From positions 88,412,001-88,476,000 of the forward strand of contig OX597821.1 in NCBI GenBank assembly GCA_951406725.2: 64,000 bases of DNA, read 5' to 3'. Position 1 is the stretch's first letter; every line of letters starts with the position of its first letter. The notes below the pieces were generated by a model. The model saw nothing but the letters and a program-made list of their open reading frames with translations. It was not told the origin of the DNA and did not search any database. The stretch comes from Octopus vulgaris (Eukaryota). The position numbers were made by a program, and so were the translations under genes. Below are positions 13,510-26,700 of this stretch, one piece after another.

Positions 13510-13930
13510 TCCTTTACTCTTTTGCTCTTTTACTTGTTACAGTCATTTGTCTACGGCCATGCTGGAGCACCGCATTGAAGGGTTTTCAATCGAAAAACTC
13601 GATCCTAGAACTTATTTCTTAAGCCTAGTACTTATCAGCTTTTGCTTAACCTGCTAGAAATAGGAGCTAAATTTTCCCCATATCACACTCTACCATTCCT
13701 TTACTCTTTTGCTCTTTTACTTGTTACAGTCATTTGTCTACGGCCATACTGGAGCACCGCATTGAAGGGCTTTCAGTCGAACAACTCGATCCCAGAACTT
13801 ATTTCTTAAACCTAGTACTTATTTTATCGATTCTTCTTTGGCCCAACCGCTAAGTGAGGTAAGCTCAATAACACCGGTTGTCAAGCGATGATGTGGGCGG
13901 GGACATACACAGGCAAAAAAACACACACTC
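13510..13930 (-). mobile_element. SINE family 1 3' part, with a 187-bp-period tandem duplication of tail plus flank
   Basis: 13461-13635 repeated at 13648-13822. Confidence 0.8.
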
Positions 13931-14117
13931 ATGGATATATTTGAAATTATTTTTAACAAATATAGGGAGTATTTCTATTTAAGATTCATACAGTTTAGCT
14001 ATCTTTATTTCCAAATATTTATATATGGATAATTTCTCAATATTTTTGAGAAGTATATAATTGACTGTTACAAATTTTACTTCTATCAAAAGGCACTTCA
14101 TTTCTGTTTTTTCCTTT

Positions 14118-14250
<133 letters not shown>

Positions 14251-14469
14251 TCAGTCGATGGACCTTCATCTCTGTCTATAGTAGAATGACAGTATATATT
14301 CACTTTATTATTCATTGACAAAGCAATTAATCAACAGTCCAGAAATTTATTATTAAAATGGTTCTGGTTAACTTCGGTTAATACCAATAAAATGCTATGG
14401 TAAACATTTTCTGATTCTGCTTTGCTTTTTACTATAAGTAGCTATATAGTGTCTTTATTGCCTATATAA

Positions 14470-14678
14470 ATAAAGGTAAAGACCCCCTTCGGTCATGAAT
14501 GACCATGGGATTGCACCTATAAAGTTACCCTCCTAGATACAAGTCCGGGCAAGGTTGTTTATGGAAGACCAGCAGTCGCCCATGCATACCAGCCTCCCCT
14601 CTCCACGCCACCAGTGTTATCCAAGGGAAAGACAAAGGTCGATACAGCTTGGCACCAGTGACGTCGCAACTCATTTCT

Positions 14679-14681
<3 letters not shown>
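14470..14681 (-). mobile_element. 3' half of a SINE-like retroposon, ending in a TTTACC-type tail, truncated at a (TA)n tract
   Basis: GC-richer block; minus strand ends ggggtctttaccttta; abrupt junction with (TA)n; family assignment from general resemblance only. Confidence 0.45.
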
Positions 14682-14723
<42 letters not shown>

Positions 14724-14730
<7 letters not shown>

Positions 14731-15425
14731 GGAGCTTCTACAGGACTAGAACTGTTTCATTCAGATGAAATCTTCAGGAAGCTGACTGTCAAAATAAGTT
14801 CTGGTATTTATGCTATTAGGCAGATTTAATGGAGTGGTGGTGGGGGACACGTGTGTATGTATGTATATGTGTATATGTGTATATATATATGCATGTATGT
14901 ATTTATGTATATATATATGTGTGTGTGTATATGTGTATGTATGTGTATATGCATGTATATATTTATGTATGCGTATGTGTATTTTTATATATACATGTGT
15001 AATTGTATATAAATGTATGTGTGTATGCATGTATATTAGTGTATGGATGTATGTATATATATATATATATACGGACATGTAGATTTATGTATGGGCATGT
15101 ATATATGTGTATATGTGTAGATATGTATATTTATGTACGTGTATGTATGTGTATGTATGTGCATGTATGTATATGTGTGTGTATGTATGTATATGCATGT
15201 GTGTATTTATATATGCATATATGTATTTATATGCGTATATATACTTATATATGCGTATATATATTTATATACACATATGTTTTTATATGTGCATATGTGT
15301 TTATATATGCGTGTATATATTTATGTGTGTTTGTGTGTACATATGTATGTGTTTATATATGCATAATTATGTATATGCTTATATGTACGTAGGTATATTC
15401 ATCTATGTATACTTATGTGTATTTG

Positions 15426-15465
<40 letters not shown>

Positions 15466-16192
15466 TATATGTGCGTGTGTGTGTGTGTATGTAGGTGTAT
15501 GTATGTATAACTTAGAATAACTTAGAAAGGTTTTGGCCAGTATTGGCCCAGGCCATGTCTATACATATATATATATATATATATATGTGTGTATGTATAT
15601 GTATATATATATATATATGTATGTATGTGTATGTATGTGTATGTATGTGTATATATATGTGCGTATGTATGTATACATATGTATATTCGCATGTGTATGT
15701 ATGTGTGTTTGTATGTATATTTATTTTATATGTTTTTTCATGTATATTTATCTATTTATTCCCTCCACCTAACAATAACAAACTGCCTACCTCTTCTTGA
15801 CCCCCAAAAAGCAATTGTCTTCTAATTTACCTAATATCCCATCCCATATATCTGTTTCTATTCATTTATTCTATTTATTCATTCATTTATTTATTTTCTC
15901 ACTGATCCTTCTCATTTCAAAAAACATTCTGGCCTTTTGACCACTCCCCTAAGAACAATAGTTTATCTCCTAAATACCAACCTACCCAAAAAACGTCCCC
16001 CACCACCACTCCATTAAATCTGCCTAATAGCATAAATACCAGAACTTATTTTGACAGCCAGCTTCCTGAATATTTCATCTGAATGAAACAGTTCTAGTCC
16101 TGTAGAAGCTCCTTCTATAAAATAAATTACTTTACTCTGCTATGTATTGAGTACCTTATTTACTGTGGTTAACCCCGACTCAACCCGGGACC

Positions 16193-16196
<4 letters not shown>
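14724..16196 (+). mobile_element. Fold-back PLE-like insertion: 125-bp inverted repeats (14724-14848 and 15995-16119), each containing a hammerhead; (TA)n on both sides
   Basis: Arms differ at only about 2 positions; gcttc CTGAAGA TTTC-ATCT-GAAT GAAAC AG-ttctagtc-CT GTA gaagc. Confidence 0.8.
14734..14782 (-). ncRNA. Type I hammerhead ribozyme, canonical core (the + copy at 16061-16109 has CTGAATA, probably inactive)
   Basis: 5-bp stem I gcttc/gaagc, CUGAAGA, stem II TTC/GAA, GAAA, stem III ACAG/CTGT, GUA site. Confidence 0.7.
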
Positions 16197-16229
<33 letters not shown>

Positions 16230-16313
16230 TACCATAGCATTATATTGTTATTAACCAGAATTAACCAGAACCATTTTAATAATAAATTTCTGGATTGTTG
16301 AGTAATTTCCTTG

Positions 16314-16491
<178 letters not shown>

Positions 16492-19106
16492 GTATTCTAC
16501 TTCATTATATATATGTATGTATTTTGCTTCATTAAATGCTCTTAATAATTTCTGTCGGAGAAAGCTTGAAACTGTACGGCACTTAAAAGTACTTTCGTCT
16601 CAGCGCTGAGTTTCATACTTCTTACCTAGAATTGTGTTGCTTCTTAGTTTGTTATCTCTCTGTTCAGTTATTGGCCATTTACGTCGTATTCTCACCAGCA
16701 TTTCATCATAGGCTTCTGTAAACTTTCATTTTACTTATTGACTTTATTATTTTCCCATTTTCTTTTGTTTTATTTCATTCTGTTCACAGTTTTCTTTTAT
16801 CTCAGACACTGATTTATAAACATTGGCTTCCTTCGAGACAAAAGATAATTTTGCTTTATTCATGTTATGTAGCTAGTTGCATTGGGTTTCTATTATTCTC
16901 TATTAGATATTTTTGTCGTCCTATGGTGAAAATTTTATAATAGTATTCTGATTGCAGGAAATCCCTAAATCCCTGTATTCGTAGTAAATATAATCATCGT
17001 ACAGACGATTCGTTTTGTGATCTAAATACACACCTTATATCTTTTTCCGTTTAATCTTACTAAGAAAATAACAACTATAAATACCTTTGGATGGTACGTG
17101 TATTGATGTCGATTAGATTATTTTTCGCCTGTAACCGTATTTTAATTATTCATCAAATGGATGTATGTTATTACATCCTAATATCTTCATTCGTGTATGA
17201 GTTATTCTCAGTCTAGTTTATTCATCCTAAGTATTCCTAAGTCTGTGTTCCATATATTTATCATATATGTTTTGTTATCTAACGGCAGTAATACTCGTAA
17301 TTAATTTCTTCTCTTAGACGCCTCGTGCATTTTTATAATCCCAATCCCTTGTAAATTCTTCTACTAAATTTATTTTCTGCCAGTACTAACGTTTGTAATT
17401 GTTTATTATCTGCAGCAAACAATTTGAGATTTTCTCTGTATTAAAGATGGTTGTTTAAAAAGCACTACGGCGAGGAAGTCTCCTTTAAATACTACTTATA
17501 GCGATGTTTCAGTTTTAAGGTAATGTCTCTTCTCTGAGTTTCAAAATTACCTCTCATTTACTCAGAAACCGTTTAATGTATTTTATTATTACTCTAGGCA
17601 ACAAAGATTTTGTTACAGAAAATTTTAGTGTGCTGGCTTCAAATCTATTTGAAATTTTACTATCAAATTTAGACTCTGTGAAACTAAAGTCTAGTTATTT
17701 TGTGATTACATTAAGACCAAATTATAGGTTTTCTTCTTTTTGCGTGAAAAGGAAGACATATCAGGTGTCACATTCTAATTAACTTTTTAAGAATTTGCGT
17801 GTCTGTGTGGTGATTCAGAATGGCATCAAATACACTTGTTTGTGTAAACTATCCAGAAAAAAATTCTGCTATATCTATGGCCATAGACAACATCATAGAC
17901 AAAAACTACCATCTTTCTTGTAATGTAGGACGAGCAACGGGAGGAAGTATGCATCATACATTTCCTGTGCATCACGCAGTGCAAAGCAAACAGCTTAGCA
18001 GAAATGTAAAATAGAAACTCTCTTATTCACAATACTCATGGCTTTGAGTGATCCCCACAAATTACTATAAAGGCTGTTATTTCGTGCGACAAAGTTGGCT
18101 TCACAAAGAAAATTAAATGAAACAGCAACTACCGAAATTTGCCATTCACTCTTTAAACCAGTACACCGCCAGTTTCACCAACAACGATCACAAAACAGAT
18201 TTCATCTGAAGATTCAGCCAGTTATATGGAAGCCTTCTGAGGAATAATGAGAATTCTTAATCTAGTGGAGAACATTCAGAGCATAAATTTGTGTAATAAA
18301 ATATATTTAGTTTGCTGTTCTATTGTTCTTGACATTCACTGCTGTCAATGAGATTTGAACTAAATACGTAATGAAATGGAACTTAAACACCGTTCAGCAT
18401 TTAGTCAGGCATCCATTCTACTATTTCTGCCTGTCCAAAATTTTATTGATGAAGACAATAACGCCAATGACAATTACGACGACAACAACAATGATGGCGA
18501 TAACGATGGCAAAGACGACGACGATGATGATAACGATTGTAATGATGATGATGGTGATGATGATGATGATAAATGTATGGTGATAAATAGCGAAGAATTA
18601 GTTAACAAAAAGCACAAATCCCACTTAATAAAATGGTAAAAAGAATAAATTAAGAAGATAGATTGCTTTCCCCACTTAATTTCATGGTTCAATGAGAACA
18701 TAACAGTTAACAGAAAATGGTTGAAATGAGTTGGACTTGTAGGCTTGAAATATTCTTGATATTGTTGTTTTAGTGTAGTTTATATGTGTATGGGGGTTGT
18801 AAGAGAGTGTGATGTAGTGTGTGTATATGTTTGTGTGTCTGTATGTGCATATGTGCTTCTATTTATGCGTATAAAATCTGCCTGTAACGTTGTAAACCAG
18901 TGTGAGCCTGTGCGTACATTTTTGTGTATGATATATACGCTTGTGTGTTTCTATCTGTATGTGTGTGTGTCTATCAATGTGTATGTATGTGCCTGCAGCT
19001 GTGTATGTAACTTGCGTGCGTGTGCATTTGTAGATGCATGGAATATATTTCTGCGTATGTAAGCTTCTATATGTAAGCTTCTACTTGCATGTGAGATGGA
19101 ACATGA

Positions 19107-19145
<39 letters not shown>

Positions 19146-19150
<5 letters not shown>

Positions 19151-19353
19151 TTTATTTAAAAGCAGTAGAAAATTCAACAAAACCTGTTACACTGAGTTTC
19201 ACGTTCCCGAACTGTCCGACGAACGGGAACGTGAAACTCAGAGTAACAGGTTTTGTCGAATTTTCTGCTGCTTTTAAATAAAGCATATTACTCTACCACT
19301 GGTATTTGAGTACTCTTTTTCCACCTTGTTTCACATTTATGTGTTTACTCCGG
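19146..19353 (+). mobile_element. Hairpin PLE-like insertion (about 64-bp arms, 14-nt loop) with compact HHR at 19212-19249; (TA)n on both sides
   Basis: Arm 19146-19209 pairs with 19224-19287; ctgt CCGACGA ACG-GGAA-CGT GAAAC TCAGA GTA acag. Confidence 0.8.
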
Positions 19354-19416
<63 letters not shown>

Positions 19417-20132
19417 CTGTGTGTACGTGTGCATGCGTGCTTGTGTTGGATGCATTTATCTGTGATATCTTTAAAAGGGTTTGATGCGGTCATACAATCG
19501 CACGTATGTTGTTTTAATGAGTGAATGCTATGCGCATTCGTCTTCGTCCGATATCAAGCAGTGTGTTTCTGCATCTGCCTATGCGATTATGTGCATATCT
19601 ATGAGACCATGTGACATCTGTAATTACGTGTATATGTGGCAATCCGTATGCATATGATACATATGTGATTGTGTGTATCTGTATATATGTGTGAGCGATA
19701 TGCACGAGTGCAACTGACTTAGTGTGATATTTTTGAATGCATCTGTCTGTATACATGTGCGTCCCTATGATGTGTGAGTTCAAGTCTGTGAACCAATGGA
19801 TGCGTATGTGATATAGAAAAGTGTGTGATATCTATAATGTTTTTATATGAATGTGTGTATGTGTGTGTATGCGTGTGCAAAACATGTCCATGTGTGTGTG
19901 TGTGTCATTGTATATCTATGCGTAAGCGATAAGATTTGCAATGTACTTTCATGCATCTACATATACGTTGTTGTATAGGAAAGAATTTGTGTTCAGTTAT
20001 ACATATTTTTATGGTTCTGTTTGAATGTTTGCGTTTGAATAGCTGTGTGCCTCCATCTGCGTGTGTATATGCCTTTGAAATTGCACATGTAATGCGTGTG
20101 TCTGTGAGTGTGACTTGTGTTGTGGAACATAC

Positions 20133-20225
<93 letters not shown>

Positions 20226-20239
20226 TATATATATCTAAG

Positions 20240-20450
20240 TGTGTCTGTGTTTGTCTCCTCATCACCGCTTAACAGCCGGTGTTGCAGTCTTTACGCCCTC
20301 GTAACTTAGCGGTTCGGCAAAAAAAATATTACAAGAACTAGGCTTAAGAAATAAATCATGGGGGCGTCGATTCGTTCGACTAAAACTCTCCATAAGCGAG
20401 TGCTCCAGCATGACCAGAGTCAAATTACTGATACAAGTAAACGAATAAAA
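20240..20450 (+). mobile_element. SINE family 1, decayed 3' half
   Basis: gtaacttagcggttcggcaaaa, gtgctccagcatg, acaagtaaa. Confidence 0.7.
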
Positions 20451-20591
20451 GAACGTGTGTATATATATATATGCATATATATATACATATATATATATAT
20501 ATATGTATGTATGTATGTATATATATATACATATATATATATCAATATATATATATTATATTTATATATATTATATATATATATATATATG

Positions 20592-20638
<47 letters not shown>

Positions 20639-21287
20639 GACATACGCACACATACATACACACTCACACACACACAGAGGTGCATTTTAAAGCAAATATG
20701 TTGTATTGAATCTTTTAAACCTACCCTGATTAGATCTGTCACAAAATGTTTCGGCAAGAAATGACATCAAGTCACTCTTCTTTCAAAATGCAGTTTTGGT
20801 ATGAAAACATCCATTATAGATGGATTGGAGGATGAGGACTTCGCCACCGACTGGATTGAATTGAATGGACGTTTTTGTTTGAGGAGGAATATCAATTCAA
20901 ATTTCAGCCTAGCTTAAGATCTTAACGAAAAATCAACTTCGAAATATGTTCTTACACCATTTGAATGGCATCACATACAGAAAGAGTGTTTAATGATTAA
21001 ATCTTAATAAATAAATAAATACCTTCAATAATATTTTGATAGATTAATTCTGAAATACAAAGAGCTACAAGGATTTTAAAAAATGCACAAGAACACCGGT
21101 ACAACGGTTGGTCGCATGTTTTCCCGAAAATCTATTTCAGAACTTCTGTGAGTTATGAATGCATACGCGTGTATCTGTACCAGAATGCAAGCATATGCAT
21201 TTCTACTTCAGCACAACATAAATTTACAGTTAATTCAAGGTGCGTTTGCTAGTATGTATATACATACATACATACATACATACATAA

Positions 21288-21340
<53 letters not shown>

Positions 21341-21372
21341 TGCATATATATGTATATGTATGTATGTATATT

Positions 21373-21434
<62 letters not shown>

Positions 21435-22209
21435 TTCAAATTACGATGAACGTAAAAAAAAACAAACGAAGTTTGCTTTAGAAGCTTTGCGAAGTCTTAG
21501 AAAGTTAAAGAAGTGACTTTACATTCTCAAACGCAGGATAAAGCTAATAATACCCTGAACAGGATAAGCTACCCCTATTTTGCAGAAAAAAGTGTTGCCG
21601 GCCGGCTAAACTTACTAGCAAAAGCACCCGTCCTTTGGACGGCTTAAGTTGATTTGGTGGTAGATATATATATATATACGTAAATGTATCTTTACATACA
21701 TACTTATATCCCCGTATATAGCACACACACGCACACACACATATACATGATCTTTTAGATATGTAATTTAAACTCAACGTGAAACACTTTAGATAATTTT
21801 CTGAAAAGTTTTTAAAGTTTATAGCTTTTTTATGTCGTCAGTTTCAAAATCACACAAAAACTATCGAAAGATCTTTGTATTTCGATTGTTATTTGTTATT
21901 TAAAACTGTAAAAGTTATCTTTAATTCCGTGTGTAATTTCTTATTTCAAATGCGTATGAGCGGTTCGTTAGTCAAGCTAAGTTTAGATATCTCATTATAA
22001 CACACTATTAAACGCCATAACTTAATCAAGAAGCAACTGTAGAAATAATGTGTAAAATCTTTGCCTGTTATATGTCTTCAGACAAAACGATTCCTCATAT
22101 TTTCCCAAACTGAATCTTTATAATCTTATAGACGAATGTTGTATAGTTTTCTAGTGCTTCCGAATCGAAGAACTCAGTGTGTTTTTCAAAATAATATAGT
22201 TTATTGTAA

Positions 22210-22602
22210 GCATGACTGTTTGGGAAGAAGCTTGCTGCATAGCCTCATATTTTCGTTTTAGTCCTATTGCATGGTGCCTAGGGCGAGTGTCTACTGCGCC
22301 CCCTAAATCCTCGTAAGTGAATGAGCTAGGCGGAAAGTAAAAGAAATTGCTGCATATATGTGCGTAGATGTGTAAGTATGTGTGTGTGTGTGTGTGTCTT
22401 TGCGCTTTTGCTTGTAAGGACCCCCAGCATAACAATCTCAGTTTGTTTGTTTACGTTCTCTTATCTTCGCGGTTTGTCAAAAGGAAACCATAGAACCAGT
22501 ATCAAGACTTTAAGAAAGTACTGTGGTGTATTTGTACGACTAAAACCCTTCATGGCAGTGCCCCAACATGACTGTAGCAAAATAGTTGAAACGAGTAAAA
22601 GA
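22210..22602 (+). mobile_element. SINE family 1, old decayed copy
   Basis: Collinear degenerate similarity to 4993-5381. Confidence 0.6.
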
Positions 22603-22804
22603 AACGATTTGACAACAAAAATTTTGATTCATTTTTACCTCGGCCCAGATTGTATTTTTCTTCAAAAATTTTATTGTAATGTATAATATATACTAAATAA
22701 TTCACCTCTGAGATAATTGTATCTTCCATTATTTTATATTCAACACATGAGAAAATACGAAAGCTGCAGATCACTATATAAAATTTATTCAAGTAATTAT
22801 AATC

Positions 22805-23531
22805 TTTTCTACTCTAGACACAAGGCTCCACATTTTTGGAAAGGGAGCCACTCGATTAGATCCTTTACGCATCGGCGGAATTTGAACTCAGAACGTAATG
22901 ACAGACGAATTACCGCTAAACATTTCGCCCGGCGCGCTCACGTTTCTTATTTCGTTATTGCCCACAAGGGGCTAAACATAGAGGGGACAAACAAGGACAG
23001 ACAAGCGGATTAAGTCGATTACATCGACTCCAGTGCCTAACTGGTACTTAATTTTTCGACCCTGAAAGGATGAAAGGCAAAGTCGACTTCGGCGGAATTT
23101 GAACTCAGAACGTAAAAACAGGCGAAATACCTATTTCTTTACTACCCACAAGAGACTAAACACAGAGGGGACAAACAAGGACAGGCAGACGGATTAAGTC
23201 GATTACATCGACCCCAGTGCATAACTGGTACTTAATTTATCGACCCCGAAAGGATGAAAGGCAAAGTCGATCTCGGTGGAATTTGAATTCAGAACGTAAT
23301 ATATTTCTTTACTGCCCACAGGGGCTAAACATAGAGGGGACGAACAAGGACAAACAAAGGGATTAAGTCGATAATATCGACTCCAGTGTGTAAATGGTAC
23401 TTAATTTATCGACCCCGAAAGGATGAAAGGCAAAGTCGACCCCTGCGGAATTTGAACTCAGAGCGTAACGGCAGACAAATACGGCTACGCATTTCGTCCG
23501 GCATGCTAACATTTCTGCCAGCTCACGGCCT
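22805..23531 (-). mobile_element. Tandem array (about 4 units of 170-190 bp) of tRNA-derived SINE family 2, Meta-domain-like
   Basis: Repeated cgaccccgaaaggatgaaaggcaaagtcga...ggaatttgaactcag (minus strand: B-box GAGTTCAAATTCC then gcctttcatcctttcggggtcgataaa). Confidence 0.8.
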
Positions 23532-23689
23532 TTGTTCAAGTAATTGTAATAATGACAGTTTCTTACATTTCTGCAAGTTCGGAAATTTTGCTTTCCGAAA
23601 CATATTCAATTGAACTAACAACAACTAAAATTCTTTTATTAAAAGCGTGATATTAAAGACTAAGGAATCCATATAAAACCGACCCCCCG

Positions 23690-24015
23690 ATTGTTATCCA
23701 ATAGTTTACTATATGTGGGGCTTAGTTGAAAAAGAAACTAACCGTTCTGTGTGTGATACTAAGTTGACCACGATCAAGCAGACGTATGATAATCTTCTCC
23801 GGGAGACTGTGACTGGATGCATGCACCAATTTCTGGTGCCGTCTTGAGGACGTGATGAAAGCTGAGCACGGCTTCTTTGAGTAAACTACCATTTTCCACA
23901 ATCTGGTTGATATTTTTAATCTAGTTGATATTTAAAAAGAATACATTTATATTTGGATGGGATGTGTTTTCTTTTCCTTTATGCAAACTGTCAAATTTAG
24001 CCTGAATACCGTGTG
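23690..24015 (+). mobile_element. Tc1-like transposase 3' relic
   Basis: Translates to AC..F..RLEDVMKAEHGFFE*, resembling the Tc1 C-terminus. Confidence 0.45.
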
Positions 24016-24523
24016 CATAGCTAAGGATTGTGAAGGAACGTGTACTCACATTCAATCGATCTTAATCTGGACTGAAACTTAACTTTATTATTTCTAAGAA
24101 GCGAAGCCTAACACGGCAGATTTCGAACTTGAACATAAAGGAATGTGGCCATTATTAATAAGTCATATATAAACTATTTTTGTTCACCTTTTGCTGCCGA
24201 AATATGACAAAAAAGGTTATGAGTTGTGTATAACGTTGTCAGATCTCTCAAATAAATAACGATACATTCAGTGCAAACCACTATCATTTCGTTGTAAACT
24301 ACAATTATTGTGCACTTATACAGGTCACTGATTTGTATTGTTGAAAGGTTAACTGAAATGGCAAATCGTATCCAATTATATAGATATATGCTGCCAAATG
24401 CTATAAAAACAACAAATATATATGTGTGTGAGTGTGTGTGTGTGTGTATGTGTATACGTATACACACACATATATATATTTGTATATATATGTATATGTA
24501 TATATATATATGTGTATATATAC

Positions 24524-24555
<32 letters not shown>

Positions 24556-24557
24556 GA

Positions 24558-24611
<54 letters not shown>

Positions 24612-24612
24612 C

Positions 24613-24644
<32 letters not shown>

Positions 24645-25070
24645 TGTATATACATATCAATATGCATGAGCATGCGCATCGTTTTCCTGGCTAACGTTTA
24701 AACACTTTTCCCTGATAGTTTTATTAATTATATCGGTTTGCAATACACCACTTTCCCACGCATATCAATGTTGTGTCATTTCATCTGTGAGACCTATGTT
24801 CTTAACTTTAATGAAATTACAATTTTTTTCCCTATCTTAATATTGCTTAGCATCTCAATCTTTCGACTTCTCTACCGCGAATCCCACCACCACTGTGAGA
24901 TCTGACCGCATCGAATTTTCTCACGTTTTCATGTGACTTCTTTTATGAATTACTTACATCATGTTTCCTAACAAGGATCGTCATACATCTATATCATACT
25001 TCCATACACTGACGATGTTATATCGTATATATATATATATGTCAGTGGTTATTCATCTCCTCTCTTAGTT

Positions 25071-26310
25071 TATGAGGTAGTATCAAAATGTCCCAGGAGT
25101 AGTTAGGTTTAATTAAAAATAACATATTTACTTAATAAGTCACCTTGCGCAGCAATTCACAGGTCCCAACGTTCCTGCCTCTTTTGGAAAGGGAGCTACT
25201 CGATTAGATCGACCCCATTACGCATCGGCGGAATTTGAACTCAGAACGTAATGGCAGACGAATTACCGCTAATCATTTCGCCCGACGCGCTCACGTTTCT
25301 TATTTCTTTATTGCCCACAAGGGGCTAAACATAGAGGGGACAAACAAGGACAGACAAACGGATTAAGTCGATTCAGGATAGGACTACACAGCCACAGCAG
25401 GAAATGTATCAGGACCTGAAATGTAAAAACCGGACTAGACTATTTTATGCGCAACTCCATTGTCTCTCGAGACAAAAAGGATGCCAACAACAACAACAAG
25501 TCACCTTGCGCAGCAATTCACAGGTCCCAACGTTCCTAACTCTTTTGGAATCTGATCTGGAAGTCGTTTTCCGTAAGCAAGTGGAGGACCTTCTGAGATT
25601 CATTCTGGATCTCGACAACGTTGTTAACACGGTAACCTTTGGGCTGCATTTTCGTCCTGGGGACGAGAGGGAAGGCCACCGGTGCTAAATCTGGCGAATA
25701 GAGTGGGTGCGGAAGCGACACCATGTTGTTTTAGCGAGAAACTCACGTGTGAGGAGAGCTTGGTTTATAGGGTGCATTGTCGTAGTACAGAATCCAATTC
25801 TTCGCGCTCCACAGATCTAGTCGCTTTCGCCACATGTCCTTCCTCAAATGTTTTAAAACGCCGCAGTAGATTCATGGTCTGGCTTTGGGGAACGATTTCG
25901 CAATGCGCAATACCGCGGATGACGGAAAGAACGTTGACCATGCTCTTGATTGCGTTGCAGCTTTGTTGTGCGCTTATGCCATTCGAAACATTGCGTACGA
26001 CCCATTGGCTCGACGTAGAAAACTTGCCGAAGTATGTTCAATGTCTCTGTAGCAGACTATCCAAGTTTAACGCGGAATATCACGCTGCTTCTTTGTTCCA
26101 GCTTCCTATACATGACCAAAATCACGAACTACAGCATATATGTAGTCACAAAAATACAAATTTCTCAACTTGCAAAGTAATCGCAGCGATTCTACACGGC
26201 ACACTACCTCATGGAGGTCACTGCCAGCAGTTCCTCCGCACACGGGTGTGAGCTGTTATCTGTCGGTACGTTACAGAACTAGTCCGGGGACTTTGTGACA
26301 CAACCTCGTA
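25071..26310 (-). mobile_element. Decayed mariner transposon with TIRs
   Basis: HPLYSPDLAP motif (25536..25724), HTH-like GRTQCFEWHKR (25853..26041); imperfect TIRs 25071-25104 and 26277-26310 with TA ends. Confidence 0.85.
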
Positions 26311-26427
26311 TATGAGTGTGTTTGTCTGTGTGCGTGTCTGCGTGCATGTGTGTGTATGTGTATACATGCCGTTCATAATATATACAAGTCTACACTTGCA
26401 ACAAAGATTTGAACAAGGATAAATTAT

Positions 26428-26700
26428 TATATTGTTGTTGGCATCCTTTTTGTTGTCGGGAGACAATGGAGTTGCGCATAAAATAGTCTACTCCGGCTTT
26501 TACATTTCATGTCCTGATACATTTCCTGCTGTGGCTGTGTAGTCCTATCCTGGACAAACACTCCCTCTGGTAGGTACCGCAAATGTAGCGAAGACTGTTC
26601 CTGGCTGCTTGTAATGCCATAGTTACTTGTTGACGTCTTTTCCTGTCTTTCCATTTCTCCTCTCTGTCTCTGTCACTCCTTTGTATTCCCTCTCTCACGG
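26428..26700 (-). mobile_element. RTE-clade LINE 3' end
   Basis: C-terminal YICGTYQRECLSRIGLHSHSRKC* matches the RTE zinc-finger pattern; short UTR and (CAA)n tail. Confidence 0.75.
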
